Positions 50,239 through 63,248 of a stretch of 64,000 bases of DNA are shown piece after piece. The notes under the pieces are model-generated. The model had not been told where the DNA came from. It saw only the letters and a program-made list of their open reading frames with translations, and did no database searches. The stretch's first letter is position 1. Each line of letters opens with the position of its first letter. This stretch comes from Azolla caroliniana (lineage: Eukaryota; Plantae; Polypodiophyta), in the NCBI GenBank assembly GCA_043228905.1, contig JBHGNT010000036.1, forward strand, positions 62,001-126,000. The letters run 5' to 3'. A program made the position numbers and the translations under genes.

Positions 50239-51764
50239 TAACCCCAAAAATATATGGAAAACCTCAATAGGATACTGATTACCGGAGGACAGGAAGGATG
50301 GAACTACCTAAAGTAATGCTCAAAAGGCACGGGCATGCAAGATGTAAAACATTCCTAAGACATTGCTGGCAAACAAAGCAAAAATGATGTATTACAGAAA
50401 ATGAGATTTGATATAGAAAATGCCTTAATGGAATAAATTCAACCCACAGAGGAAAGAATTAAACACTCTTTAAAGAAGGAATTATAAGAAGCTCGAAGAG
50501 ATGAAATTGCAAGCCTCATAAGACAACCAGTTAAAGAAATTAGAGAAGACTTGGCAAATTCTCAGTATATGAAAGTGACTCTAAAGACAGGTTGGGAGAC
50601 AGTGGAAACTGCACCTCCACTGTAATAGGCAATCGATGTAGAGAAGGCAATGCACACATGGGCTGGGGTAACCTAAACATGCAAAAACTCAAGGGGAGAA
50701 TGCTCAAAAAGAAATAAACAAAAAGAACCATGGATAGATAGTATGTGGATCACTCATAGATAAGTTGGACAGGATGAATGCAACAGCCAAAAGGAAAGTG
50801 AAAGCTTGTGCACCATGCAAGAGATGTTGGATGAGCTGAAAAGGGAAGCCTGCAAGGAGATGTCAAAAATCTTGGCACTGAAATTAGTGCATTGGGTATT
50901 CCAATTGCTTCAAAATGGAAAATGTGAAGAGATGAATTTAGACCCAAGGCTTTAATCATTTGTTGTCCTTTGGTAATCAGTATCCTATTGGGGTTTTCCA
51001 TATATCTACTCTTTCATGAGTCTGTAAAGTCTTGCCCTCATTAATTGCCCAATCAGATTCATAATATTTTCCCTTTTAGGATAGCCAGGATCTTTGCAGG
51101 GTGTAACCAAGTAATATAAATATATGAGATTAATGCTGGAGGAAACTCTTACCTAAACAATGCCACACCAGCCGTTAATGCAAAAACAATAACACAGCAG
51201 AGAATAACACAGAGATTAGGGCAGTGAATTAACAGAAGCGAAATTAACACAAAGATTAGGATATATAAATTAAAGCAACAAAAGCTAGCACAGTAGAAAA
51301 CATTAATGAAACACAACAAAAACTAGCGCAATAAGACATTTTAATGCAAAGCAAAGATAACACAGAGATTAAGTTAAAGCCATTCAGATGGATAGCTGGA
51401 AACTGAATTGATGGGAAGATGTCTCTTTATACCTTTGTTACTTGGCACTTTACTTACAGATTTCAAAAATATGAAATAGAAAGGCGTTATGATCTAGCTT
51501 TATATTGTCTTTTAGGTGAGCAACTGCAGTTTTGCTACTATTCCATGCACTTTGAATGGATGCTAAGTTATCCATCGTTGCTCTAGTGAATGTGTCTATA
51601 TATAAGATTACATGATCACTACTGTTATTTCACATTTACATCATGCTGCTCATATACAAATTTCTTTTGGTAGAGCAACAAGTATCTGATCCATTTATAT
51701 TGAATCCATGCATCTGATCAGGTTTATTTTTATCTAGCTAGAGCAACAAAATTTAAAGAGAAAA

Positions 51765-53172
51765 ATGGGAACAAGTGAAGTGTTGAAGACATTTATAATT
51801 GCATCCCTTGCTATGTGGGGAATGCCATTGACAATATTGTATGTCTTCAATAACTACACTAAACCAGGTATTTTATTAAGTTGAAAGTGATATCATATTG
51901 TTGTTTCTCGTAATAATTAGGAGTTGTAATATGCTATTAAAATCGTCTGATCAAGTATATTATTGATAACAAAAGATTATACCAATATAAAAGTTGTCCA
52001 TTGACATAAAAGAGAGGCAGAGAGGGTTATGATTGGATGATGCTGTATGACATTGATGTCCTCTGCATCCTCTGAAGTGACCCGCTTGGGGATCATGCCT
52101 GAACAAGGGCAATGATACCTATGTATCCCCCAATGCAGGCTATGTCTTCGAGGTGGTAATCCATATATAGTTGGCTGCCTGGAATGTGCCAAATAAAATG
52201 TTGCTTTAAGAAATTTCCTTCTACAGGGTGCTGGTTGTGCATGCTCTGAGGCTTTTTGCAGAGCCTTCTAAAGAAGTTTATCATCTCAATTTGTACCAAT
52301 TCTTATGGCCAGCTACACTCCAAGAAAGACTCTCTCAATATACAGATTTCTATTAGAAATAGCCCAAACATTTCCAGTCATAGAAGACCATGATTCAGGA
52401 CAATTATCCAAATTCCTCCCTGAAAAGGAAATGGCAGCATCCTTGGATCTTAAGTAAACTGTACAATGGCATTGGTAATGTTTCTTGGACTCTAGCACCA
52501 GATTTCAGATCTAACTTGGCATTTCCGATGTTTAAAGGATGTGATATGAAGACGATGTTAGTAGGCACTTCGTCTGAGAATGAGACATACTTTAGCCCAA
52601 ATCACTGTGGGTATCATGGATACAGAAGTATCTCCATTGACCTCCACAATCATTGTAGGTAAATGAATCTTCATAATCCGTGATCTTGTGCAGACATGAT
52701 GTCAGGCATGGACCTCATCTGAAACACCATAACATTGACAATAATATTTTTGCTGTTTGGTAATTGTCCTTCAGGGGCAGTACAACACCATAACCTATGG
52801 ATGTTTTATTATCAAGGATGATTTGGCTCCTAGGATAGGGTGTTATGTTCATTTTCTTTGTTAAAAATAATTTTGTTTTGTGAGGTTTCATAAACATAGG
52901 TAATTCAATTACCCATTTTCAAAAGACAAAAACAGATATTAAAATTTGCAGGAACCAATGATATGTCTCAAAAATGGCATACATTGTTGAGTGGGCTCTT
53001 GGCTGTTCTGTCCGTAAATGTGGTGATTGCAGTTTATATAGTCATGGCAATGAGGGAACCAAGTTCCAAAGCACAACCAGAACCTGATCCTGTGTTTGCA
53101 TCAAGAGCTAGATCAAGTTTACAAGCACATCAAAAGAATACTTGCTTAGGAGATGATAAAAAAATTCAATAA
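51765..53172 (+). CDS. VMA21: V-ATPase assembly integral membrane protein VMA21 (exons 51765-51867, 52952-53172; ~107 aa)
   Basis: MGTSEVLKTFIIASLAMWGMPLTILYVFN|...LLSGLLAVLSVNVVIAVYIVMAMREP...PDPVF. Two TM segments, a C-terminal KKIQ dilysine ER signal and an in-phase GT-AG intron. Confidence 0.9.
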
Positions 53173-54127
53173 AAAACACCATTCAATTTGTAATACAACA
53201 ATTTGCATTATAATGCAGTAAAATCAATTTTTTCATTGTGTTTGTGCTGCCAGAATGGTTGGTTAACTTCAGAAATGATGTATTTTGATTCTTTTGATTG
53301 AGCAACCAAGCATGTAGGAATATAGTAACATTACAAAACTGAAATAGGAAAATGGATTTTTGATTGAGCTATCAAGCATTTAAGAATATAGTATTGTAAC
53401 ATTACAAAACCTAATTTTAGAAAAATTAGGTTATTACAAAACTAAAATAAATTTTTTTAATTGTTTTCCTGATACTCTCTAGGTCAATGTTTTCCATGAT
53501 CAACTGAAAATATTTGCAATGCTCTTATTTGAGTGATAATCATTACCACCAATTCAATGTAATTGAGACAGACTGCAACAAGTGACTTTGATGAGGAAAA
53601 AGTTTGTGATTGAGCTCTCCCAGCAAGGAATGCATATCCCTAATTGGAATGATAAGGATTATATGTGGTTCAGGTTCGGTCTCATCCAATCATCAAGTGA
53701 ACAAATTAATAAATAAATACTGCAAAACAAGCAATGGAAACAGATGGTATGACATCTTGATTGGCTAATCTGCCTTGATCAACATAGCAACTCAAAACCA
53801 CCATGGACACATGCGTGTGTGCTGATTAGAAAAAGTCCTGTAATTCCTTGGTGGACTAGTAGCAAGAAACATGGAGGAACTGCAAATGATTAATTGGTCA
53901 GTTCTAGATTTCCCTTATTGTCATGAAGTAATCTCATCATATAATCTAATTCTTAACTAGTGATCAGAATCATTTTGAATAATACCTATCCTAAGCCAAA
54001 GCCTCAATAAAGAGGCCAACTCATAAGAAATGATTTCGACATGGTGACTTAAAATGTTAAATGTCACAACAAATTAGAGCCATTCAAAGGGTGAAGAATA
54101 CTATGGTGAATTCAACGAGATTGCAAT

Positions 54128-54617
54128 CGGTCCAGGTAATCATTTGAAATTACATCGTGATGGGGATAGATTATTGCAATTATTGATCTTCAACGAGGAA
54201 TTCTTAGTAAGTGCGAGTCATCAACTTGCGTTGACTACATCCCTGCCCTTTGTACACACCCCCCGTCGCTCCTACTGATCGAGTGGTTTGGTGAAGTTTT
54301 CGAATCATAGCAACATTGGCGGTTCCTCGCTGGCGAGGTTGTGAGAAGTTCATTAAGCCTTATCAATTAGAGGAAGGAGAAGTTGTAACAAGGTTTCCCT
54401 AGGTGAACCTGTGGAAGGATCATTGACACACATCCACGCAAACAATGTGAATTGTGCTCGTATTCTGCGGTGATGCGCTCGGAGGTGTGTCTGTCCCACT
54501 TGACTCATGTGCCAGATCCGGGGCATCTCGTGGGTCTTGTGTGGGTTGTAAGGGTTGTCACATTGGTGGTGCGAGATGTAGAATGAGGGGGAGGCCCCTC
54601 ATCGTGCTTATCGTGCG
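54128..54617 (+). rRNA. Degenerate 18S rRNA 3' end (to 54425) plus start of ITS1; dispersed rDNA pseudogene
   Basis: ccctgccctttgtacacacc, gtaacaaggtttcc and ggtgaacctg.ggaaggatcattg, with many C>T/G>A changes. Confidence 0.9.
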
Positions 54618-54999
54618 GAAATTAGTGCATTGGGTATTCCAATTGCTTCAAAATGGAGAATGTGAAGAGATGAATTTAGATCCAGGGCTTTAATTATTTG
54701 CTATATGGATTGGAGAAGAACAAACCCTTCCTATCCAAAAAAGGGGCCTCAAGGGCCACAAAATATATCTAGAGGAACATCTAAAGTCAGCTCAAGCTGC
54801 ACACCACATAGAAACATGCACAAGTGCTTGCTACACGAAAAGAGGGAAAATGATTTGTTTATCGATAAAACATGGTTATTATTTCAATTTAAGACAAGTG
54901 TCACATGAAGATGTCTGGCCTATGAAACTTAACACAATTGCAATTGCAATGAGTCTCTCAGGACAAGTGATATGAATTTGAAGATACCTTCAAAAATAG

Positions 55000-55320
55000 A
55001 AAAATTGCTATGTATATAGAGACACATCAGTGCACTGGCACTAGACACCCTGATTTACAGGGTTATAGATGAAGTTGGTATTCTATCCTTAACTTTAACT
55101 ACACATTCTAGGAAGCACAAGAGGCTCTGGTGGAGTGATTGTCTTGTACAAAGAGGAGCTCGATGGTAAAGTGTGTGTGGTGCATAAGCATGTAGATGCA
55201 CATCATATGTGGATACAAATTGGCAAGGGGGGTCACATAGAGAGTTATATGTTGTGATTTGCTACTTTCCACCTACCCAATTGGGGTTTGCACCATTTGA
55301 AGAATCACCATTATATGATG
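55000..55320 (+). mobile_element. LINE AP-endonuclease fragment
   Basis: RGSGGVIVLYKEEL...HMWIQIG and VICYFPP motifs. Confidence 0.6.
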
Positions 55321-57499
55321 ATACCATACCAATACAATGGATTTATTTAGTATGGCAAAGCAGCAAACTGTCAAACAAAAAATAATAATTTTTATTTGAA
55401 CATAGCAGATCAGATTTTATCTGAACCTGAAAGAGGAATCACAAATATTTTCTTTTATAATCCATAATCCCAAAACACCAAAGGAGATGCAAGCATAGTC
55501 GATTACTTGATGTGCTTTCCATACCTTCTACCTGAGATATGAGGGTTCATTATCTCTAGTAAACTTATTGGCTTGGCAACAGATAATACATATCTGCCCT
55601 TCAAGTTAAGGATGCATGCCAAAAGAACGTAGGTTATAAGAATGGGATTTGGAATGCTAAATGCCAAATTTTGTTGGCGAGACATTTGATATGAACAGAT
55701 GTGCTTTATACAATGGCATGCTTGATTTGGATTCTTTTACCACCTCAGAAAGTCATACAAGCATTGTCAAATTCATTACGTTTTGCGGCCACAAATGCAT
55801 TTCTCCACATTACAGTCCACATTGCACCACTCATGGTTGAGCCACACAAAATATTTGGTATGATGAGGAATGTAATGATAAAAGGAGACATCTGCAATTA
55901 GAAGTCACTTAGGAGATTTGTACACACAGAGCCTTCCAAAACCTTGTAAGGAAGAAGAAAAAATCATGCTTTGCAAATTTTGAAATTAAGGTGTATAGTG
56001 CACCATGTTCCTGACCTTTGACCAATCATAAGGTTTGCATTTCCTCATTTGCAATATAAACTACCTCATATCCATCGCAATTCTTTAAGTTTTTTAACAA
56101 ATGTTTTTTATTATAGCTTGAACACCATTGTTTGATGCTTTTGAGCAATAACAAGATCTATAGTTTAAACCAAATAGTTTGGCATCGCTTCTTAAACACT
56201 TTGTACAAAAAGATGATCTATAATTTCTCGAACAGAAGGTGCCATATTCATGACATCTAATCAATGCACGTTTCTCATTTTCAACCCAAACATTTCAGTT
56301 TTCGTTAAGATAAATTGATTCATTGACATCCTCCACATCACTTCTAAAGTTTTCTCGAACAAAAATATTAACAAACATAATTGGATACAAATATCTCTAT
56401 CTCACTAGGGTAGCAAGAAACAAAGAATTCTTTGGAGCTACATGTCATATATAAGGAGTTACTCCCAGGCGAAAAGAATATTGGAGAATCGTTTACAGAA
56501 TCATAAAAATATTGAATTTAACATAGAAGCCAACTCAATTATCTTTCTCTCCCTCTCTCCCTATCTGTCCATACCTTGGAAATGTTGTAGACAAGCTTTC
56601 AAACTTATATATATAATTCCTCAAACTATTAGAGAAACACAACAAAATCGATCATCGGATTCCTTTTATAGCAAACATGTGATTTTAAGAGCAGCTACAT
56701 ATAACCCCCAGCAAAGTATAACCCAAAAAGCACTGAATAGAAAAAGAAAAAGATGTAAGTAAGAATAGTTTACCCTTATTACAACGGGTATTCTAATCTT
56801 TACATATTATGTATGAATTTTATACCGTGCTCTTGAACATAACAGTGAACAAGGATCATGGTGAAACTTTCGGCTTAATAATGAGCAATGGACAGAAAAC
56901 CAGTTATGCTAGAACCGTTGGTTATTTCTAATCCATACACTATCATCAAGTTGATTTTGTGAGAATCACGATGGAATTTCCAGCTCAAACATGAGCGAAT
57001 TTTACAATTAAAAGAGGAAAATTCAATGAGCGATGGGATTCAAACCCGCAATATCATATTCAAAGAAATACATGCAGTGTTTGATGGACCTCTCAATGAT
57101 TGTATACATAGGGAAGAATTTTCCCAAATTAAAAGTAGTAGTAGGAAAATTTGTTTCTAGGTTTTTGTTCCAAACCAAGAAAATGAAAAGAAGTCGTAGG
57201 AAAACTTGTTTCTAGGTTTGTTTGAAACCAAGAGTGTATTTGACATGAGACATTTTGTTTCTCAGTTTGTTGGCGTTGGTAGAGAGAAACTTAAAGAAAA
57301 GCTCAAGTTAGAATTGGAATTTGAATTTTTTATCGTCCATAAAGAGGCCAATTTTGAGCTATGGGACCAACGTATACGTGTGTTCTTAATATATTTCTCC
57401 TTCCTAAAAAGGGCTATTCATACATTGAAGTACAAAGTTTCTATGCGTGAATAAAGCATACACATATGATCTCAACCTTCTACGTGGTTCCTTAAGTAT

Positions 57500-58107
57500 G
57501 GCACTTAATTAACACTCCCTCTTACTATGTCAACATATCTTGAACGAATTGCACTAATTGTCGAGCATGTGAAGAGCAAGTGACATTCATCCTCTACCAT
57601 GGCTTCATTGCATACTTTACATGCCTTCAAATTTGCTACATTTTGATACCATGACGCAACTTCAATATCTAACTTGCGAGATCAGGTGCGAAGTAGTGTA
57701 AGGGCTCTACAAGCATTGCTACTTATATTGGTAATGAGATAAGGTTGGATACGATCAATAAGCATTCTTGTTTTATATTGAGACCAACATTCAAGGTTGA
57801 CATTTGCAATGTAATATTCTAGCTTTGTCCTCTTAGCATCTTCCGACTCCATCCTTAACGATTCCACCAGCCTTTCCTCGATCATTACATATTGCATAGT
57901 CTCACCCGAAAGCTCTAAAAGAGCATCCACACCCCATCTTCTAAACCATTTTCTTATGTCAACAACCCAACCGGATGAGAGAATTTTACCCTTATGATTC
58001 TTTTGTAGCTTACATCCAACATTCCAAGCAAGATGTGGTAATCGATGATTCAACATATTCTTGACCTTTGTAATGTATCTATATACTCTTTGGAGTGCAA
58101 ATATTTC
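57500..58107 (-). mobile_element. LINE ORF2 C-terminal fragment
   Basis: RLPHLAW...W...IRKWF, QPYL...RALTLLRT, and the zinc knuckle CKVCNEAMVEDECHLLFTC. Confidence 0.75.
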
Positions 58108-59005
58108 TATAAAGAAATGGAAAACGTAGGTGATATTGTGCAGCAGAAGTGAAGTGTGTGTGTGAGTGTACATAAGACAAGCAGAGAGAGAGAGAGAGAG
58201 ATCTGAGAACAAGAAGTTATATTAGTGAACAATAAAATTACATCCAACAGTAACTAAGTTACAAAAGGTTGGTTTAAATACCAACTAGTCTAGGGCAACT
58301 GCCCTTTCTGTTATTTACAAAACTACCCTAGTGTGTCCACTACTAGTGTGAAAACACTTCATTGGGAAAGTTCAATTCAATTCCCAACACGCCCCTTCGA
58401 ACACAACTTCCGATCGTCGGAGGGGTTGCGTTGTTGTTCGGCTTCGTTTTGGCTTTCTGAGTTCTTCAGCTCTATGGTTGGATGATCGATTGGATTGGCT
58501 TCGATTATTCGATCACTTCGAGCTCCTTGTTCGACATGATTGTCATCGTCATACTTCGACTCCTCTAGTCGGCTTCGATCGACTAATCGGATGCTACTAT
58601 ACTCCCCCTCGGCTATTGTGGGACTAAGGTCCGATGTAAATTGCCTAAGCTTGTCAACTCTTAAGGCTTTTGTGAAGATGTCGATAACTTGAAGGTTTGT
58701 GTTGATGTGTTGTAGGTCGACATCTTCGGCCTGAATGTGCTCTCAGATGAAGTGATAGTGTACTTCAATGTGCTTCGTGGGCATGTGGAACACCAGGGTC
58801 CAAGCCAGATAAATATTGCTCATGTTGTCGCAATATAGGAGAATCAAACCCTTGATGGGAGCCCCCAAATCCTTTAGTATACGCTTCAGCCAAACGGCTT
58901 CGCATGCGGCGATGGTCGCGCCCCTGTATTTGGCCTCTATGTTCGACAGTGTGATTGTCTGTTGCTTTTTTACTACTCCAGGAGATAACTCCGCTGCCGA
59001 GGGAG

Positions 59006-61123
59006 CAAGGTTGTTAGGTACGTTAGATACGGTGTCATGTGATTCTTCACACACTATGTAAAAAAATAATGAAATAATTATTTTAGATTAGATTAGTGTC
59101 TTGATATGAAAAGATAGATGTCTACAAGAGCTTCATAACGCATTTTACTATACATGAAACAAATAAATAAGTATTAAGTTATGTGAATATGAGGTTTGAG
59201 AAGATAAGGAAAATAGAATTGTGAAATATCCCACATAAATAGGAAACTTTAGTATCCTTCTATATAAGTAGATTAAGAACTATTAGTTTTCATCTATGTG
59301 TTGAAAGCACAAAAGGAATGGTTGGACTTGGACCATTTTGTTTACATGGACAAATGTGGCTAAGGAACCGGCAACAAAACTAGGAACTAGAAACCGGATG
59401 GAGCCGGCAACCGGAAACCGGATGGAGCTAGCAATCGGAAACGGGACGGAGCTAGCGACGAAGTTGGGAACCGGAACCGGATGATGATGGAACCGGCAAC
59501 TGGCAATCGGAAGGACCGGCAATCGGCAACCAAAAATCGGAAACTGGAATCTAGACGGAGCCGGCGACGAAGTTGGCAACCGGAACCAGATGATGACGGA
59601 ATCAACAACCGACAATCGGACAGAGCTGGCAATCGGCAACCAAACGGCGACGGAACGGAAACCGGACGGATCGGATGGGCGACGGTCAAGATAGACGGAT
59701 GATAGGATCATGTGACGAATTAAAGTAAAATAAAGTAAAGGTCATGTGAAAGGCATATAAAGAAAAGAGGGAGGCCATGCATAAAGTAAAGGTCATGTGG
59801 AAGGCATGCAACTAAAGGTAGAGGCGAAGCAACTAAAAGGAAAGGCCAAGCAACTAAAAATGGAGGCCATGCAACAAAAAGGGGACGCATGCAATGGAAC
59901 ATGGGAGGCGATGATCAAGAAGGAACTCGATATATGTACTACTTTTTTTTCTCTAGTTTCTTCTTCTTCTTTTGGGGGGGGGCCATTCTCTTCTTCTCTC
60001 TCCCATTCCTTGGGGGAAAAAACGCTAACCTAATTATCTTAGAGAGGAAAATCCTAATTTTCCTATCGAATCCATATCTTTGTTTCTTCTAATCTATTAT
60101 TCTATTAATCTCCGTAAGCTTAAACTTTTGTAATCCCAATCTTGGGATAGATTGTAATCTTTCTTTACCTTTGTTAATGAAATTTGTCAATCTTTCTCAT
60201 TTCCATTAATTCTTTAATATAAACATACGAATTTGATATCCTCTAGTCAGAGGCCCTAGGGTCCTGCCTCAAGTTCACGTATCCTCGTCGTATTTTCACG
60301 ACAACGGTACGGATACCATACATATATAACGTATTAATACATGTATAGTACCTCCCAATTTAAAAATATGTTAAATACATTTTTTAATATGTTAAATACT
60401 TATAAAATATGTATTTTACGCATAGTACGTTAAATACTTCTAGAATTTGAAAATTATTTGCCTTTCTAAAAAATATTTGTAATATTGTACAAAGCATCTA
60501 TGTTTACACAATTTTGTGATGTACATTGTAGTTCTACATCCTAAAATGCATATAAGACATTTGAATATTTCACATCCTAAAATACTTATAATATGGATGT
60601 TCACATTCACTTATTCTATAAATCAGTGTAAGTGTGTATCACGATGTTCTATTTCAAATTGTAATTATTTACGATTATGCCTTCATAGATTGAGGAATCG
60701 TCTACGATTATCACACTCAGGATAGGTTTCTCTCTTCTTTTCTCTCTTCTTCATCTTCTTCTTCTATCTTTTGTGATTATCACAGTTAGAGTCAGGACAT
60801 GTTTTTGTCTTCTTCTTCTTCTTCTTCTTCTTCTTCTTCTTCTTCTTCTTTGTCGTTGTCGTCATCTCTTCTGTTCTTCTTTCTTCCTTCTTTTTGCTTC
60901 TTTTTCACTAAAATCTTTTTTTTCTTCTACTTTTTGTTGGGGTTCTACTTACATTTTTTTATAAATACGTATTATACTTGTTTTTTCAAATATACATTAA
61001 ATACCGTATTGGACAAATGTACATGATATTCGACCGAACAACATTGAGGTATAGTGAGTACTATACAAATTATCAGGTACTATACGTATTTAAACGTTAA
61101 ATACGGGTACGTAAACAACCATG
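59006..61123. mobile_element. hAT-like non-autonomous DNA element
   Basis: Perfect 8-bp TSD cgagggag (58998-59005, 61124-61131); imperfect TIR caaggttgtt/aacaaccatg; TACG-rich subterminal repeats. Confidence 0.85.
59033..60303. mobile_element. Gypsy solo LTR inside the hAT-like element
   Basis: TGTCATG...CACGACA termini, 4-bp TSD acgg, and degenerate tandem repeats at 59365-59700. Confidence 0.8.
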
Positions 61124-62622
61124 CGAGGGAGAAGACGAATCCTAATGTTGATCGTCTATCAGCTTTATAGTCGGTCGAGTCTGCATTTGTGTACCTTTCG
61201 AGCCGAATGATCGTGTCCGATTTATACAGGATGCCGAAATCCATCGTCCCACATACATACCGAAGTACTCTCTTAGCGCAATCGAGATGAAAATTTCCAG
61301 GGTTCTACATGAATTGGCTAAGTAGACCGACCAAATAGTTGAGTTCAGGTTGTGTGATGGTAAGATAGATTAAGTTGTCGATCAATTGATGGTACTAAGT
61401 CGGCTCGCACTCTGTAGTGCCAGAGTCGCCATCAAGCTTGAGATTTCAATCGAGAGTAGACACAGGTTTGCATTTAGTCTTCCCGAACTTGTAGAGCAAG
61501 TTGAAAATGTAGTGTCGCTGAGAGATCAATATCCCAATTAATGTCTGAATTACTTCGATACCGAGGAAGTAATGGAGCTTGTGCATATCTTTCATTTTGA
61601 ATATGCAGGATAGGAGTGATTTGACCTTATTAATGTCGGCTAGATTCTTTCCTCTGATGACTAGATCATCCACATATAGGATGATGACAATCGGGTTGTT
61701 CGACTCATTTCAATTTCAACATTCGAAAGCCGATTTGGTGAAGATACTAGGTGATCTTCGAATGCCAAGCATGCGGTGCTTGCTTGAGACCATATAGCAG
61801 CTTCTTGAGTTGGCTGACTGTTGTCAGGTGTTTGCTCAATTCGAAACTGGGTGGTTGAATCATGAAGACCTCCTCTTCTAATTCGCCTTGTTGGAAGGCG
61901 TTGTTTACGTCCATTTGGTGGAGGTGCTACCATTTTGCAGTTGCGAGAGCAATGACTATCCGAACAATCGTTACCTTTGCCACCGGGGCAAAGGTCTCCT
62001 CTTAGTCGACACCATGTGTTTGAGCATATCCCTTAGCTACAAGTCGTGCCTTGTAGCGGTTGACCGAACCGTCAACATTATATTTAACCTTGAAAATCCA
62101 TCTACAGCCGATTGCTTTCTTGTGTGGAGAATGGGGGACAAGATCCCATGTCTCATTTTTTCTTAGAGCCTACATTTCTTCGTTCATAGCTTCGATCCAT
62201 CGTGGATCATTGGTTGCCTCGGAAAAGGTTTCCAGTTCTCAAACTGTTGCCACCTTCATCATAAAGGCATAATGATATATAGCTGAATCGACTAACTGAG
62301 TTTTTCTCTTAGGTGGAGCAACGGAGCTTCTCGTTTGTAGAGGCTAAAGCTGTCTTTGCTCCATCCATCCGGATGATTGAAATGTCAAGGCCTTCAAACT
62401 CACTATCAAGGGAGTGAGTTGACTCACTGTCGATCGGATCTTCGTATTCTGGCATTTTGGCCTTCCCTTTGTCGAGCTTTGGGCTCAACCGAGAAGTGCT
62501 CTGGTCACTCATGGGCTCTTGTGGTCCACTCAACCTTGTCGTAATCGGACTTTCTTCGAACATGTGCCTCAACCGATCTTCGTCTTCTATCTCTCGTTCA
62601 GCGGATTCCAGGCCGATTGGGT

Positions 62623-63248
62623 TAGCAATAGGCCCAGTTTCGGCTCCGACAGAACTGAACCATTAAGCCATGGTTTAAGGTTTATAAGTTCCAAAATAAC
62701 TTAACGGTTTGGTTTGGTTTTAATGATTAATAAACGGTTTGATTCTAGTTCAGTTTGGTTCTAAAACTAGCGTTTATCGGTTTATTGGTTTAAGTGGTTT
62801 GGTTTAAAGGTTTATAGGTTTTTGGGCAAACTTTTTTTATCCCTTAAATGTTTATGTAATTTAATGGTTTAATTAATGTTTTTTATTGATTTAATTCCCT
62901 TAACTTAAATGTTTATTTAATCTAATGGCTTAATTAATGCTTATTTATTTATTTAATTAATTAAACATAAATGCTTATTTAATCTAGTGTATTTTTATTT
63001 CTTTAATTTTTTAATTAGTTTGGCTTAAATGTGGTTAGGTTTAAACTTTTTATTAAATGGCTCGGTTTGGTTTCATTTGTTCCCTAAACGGTTTTGGTTT
63101 AAATAGTTTGGTTTACCTTTTCTTAAATGGTTTGGTTTAATTGCTTGAAAGTTCATAAATGGTTTGGTTTGGTTTTTGTTTTATATAAATGGTTTGGTTT
63201 AGTTCGGTTTGGTTTCAATGCAAAGAAACCGAACTGGGCCCATTGCTA
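62623..63248. mobile_element. hAT-like MITE
   Basis: 17-bp TIR tagcaataggcccagtt/aactgggcccattgcta (one mismatch), 8-bp TSD gattgggt/acttgggt, GGTTT-rich interior. Confidence 0.82.

Noticed and set aside
54128-54425. Functional rDNA unit
   Set aside because: Only ~300 bp of 18S, with mutations in invariant positions and no 5.8S or 26S.
55500-57450. Short ORFs in AT-rich sequence
   Set aside because: No recognisable motifs or consistent exon structure.
59283-59711. ORFs of 73-142 aa in a GC-rich patch
   Set aside because: They arise from degenerate tandem repeats within a solo LTR.
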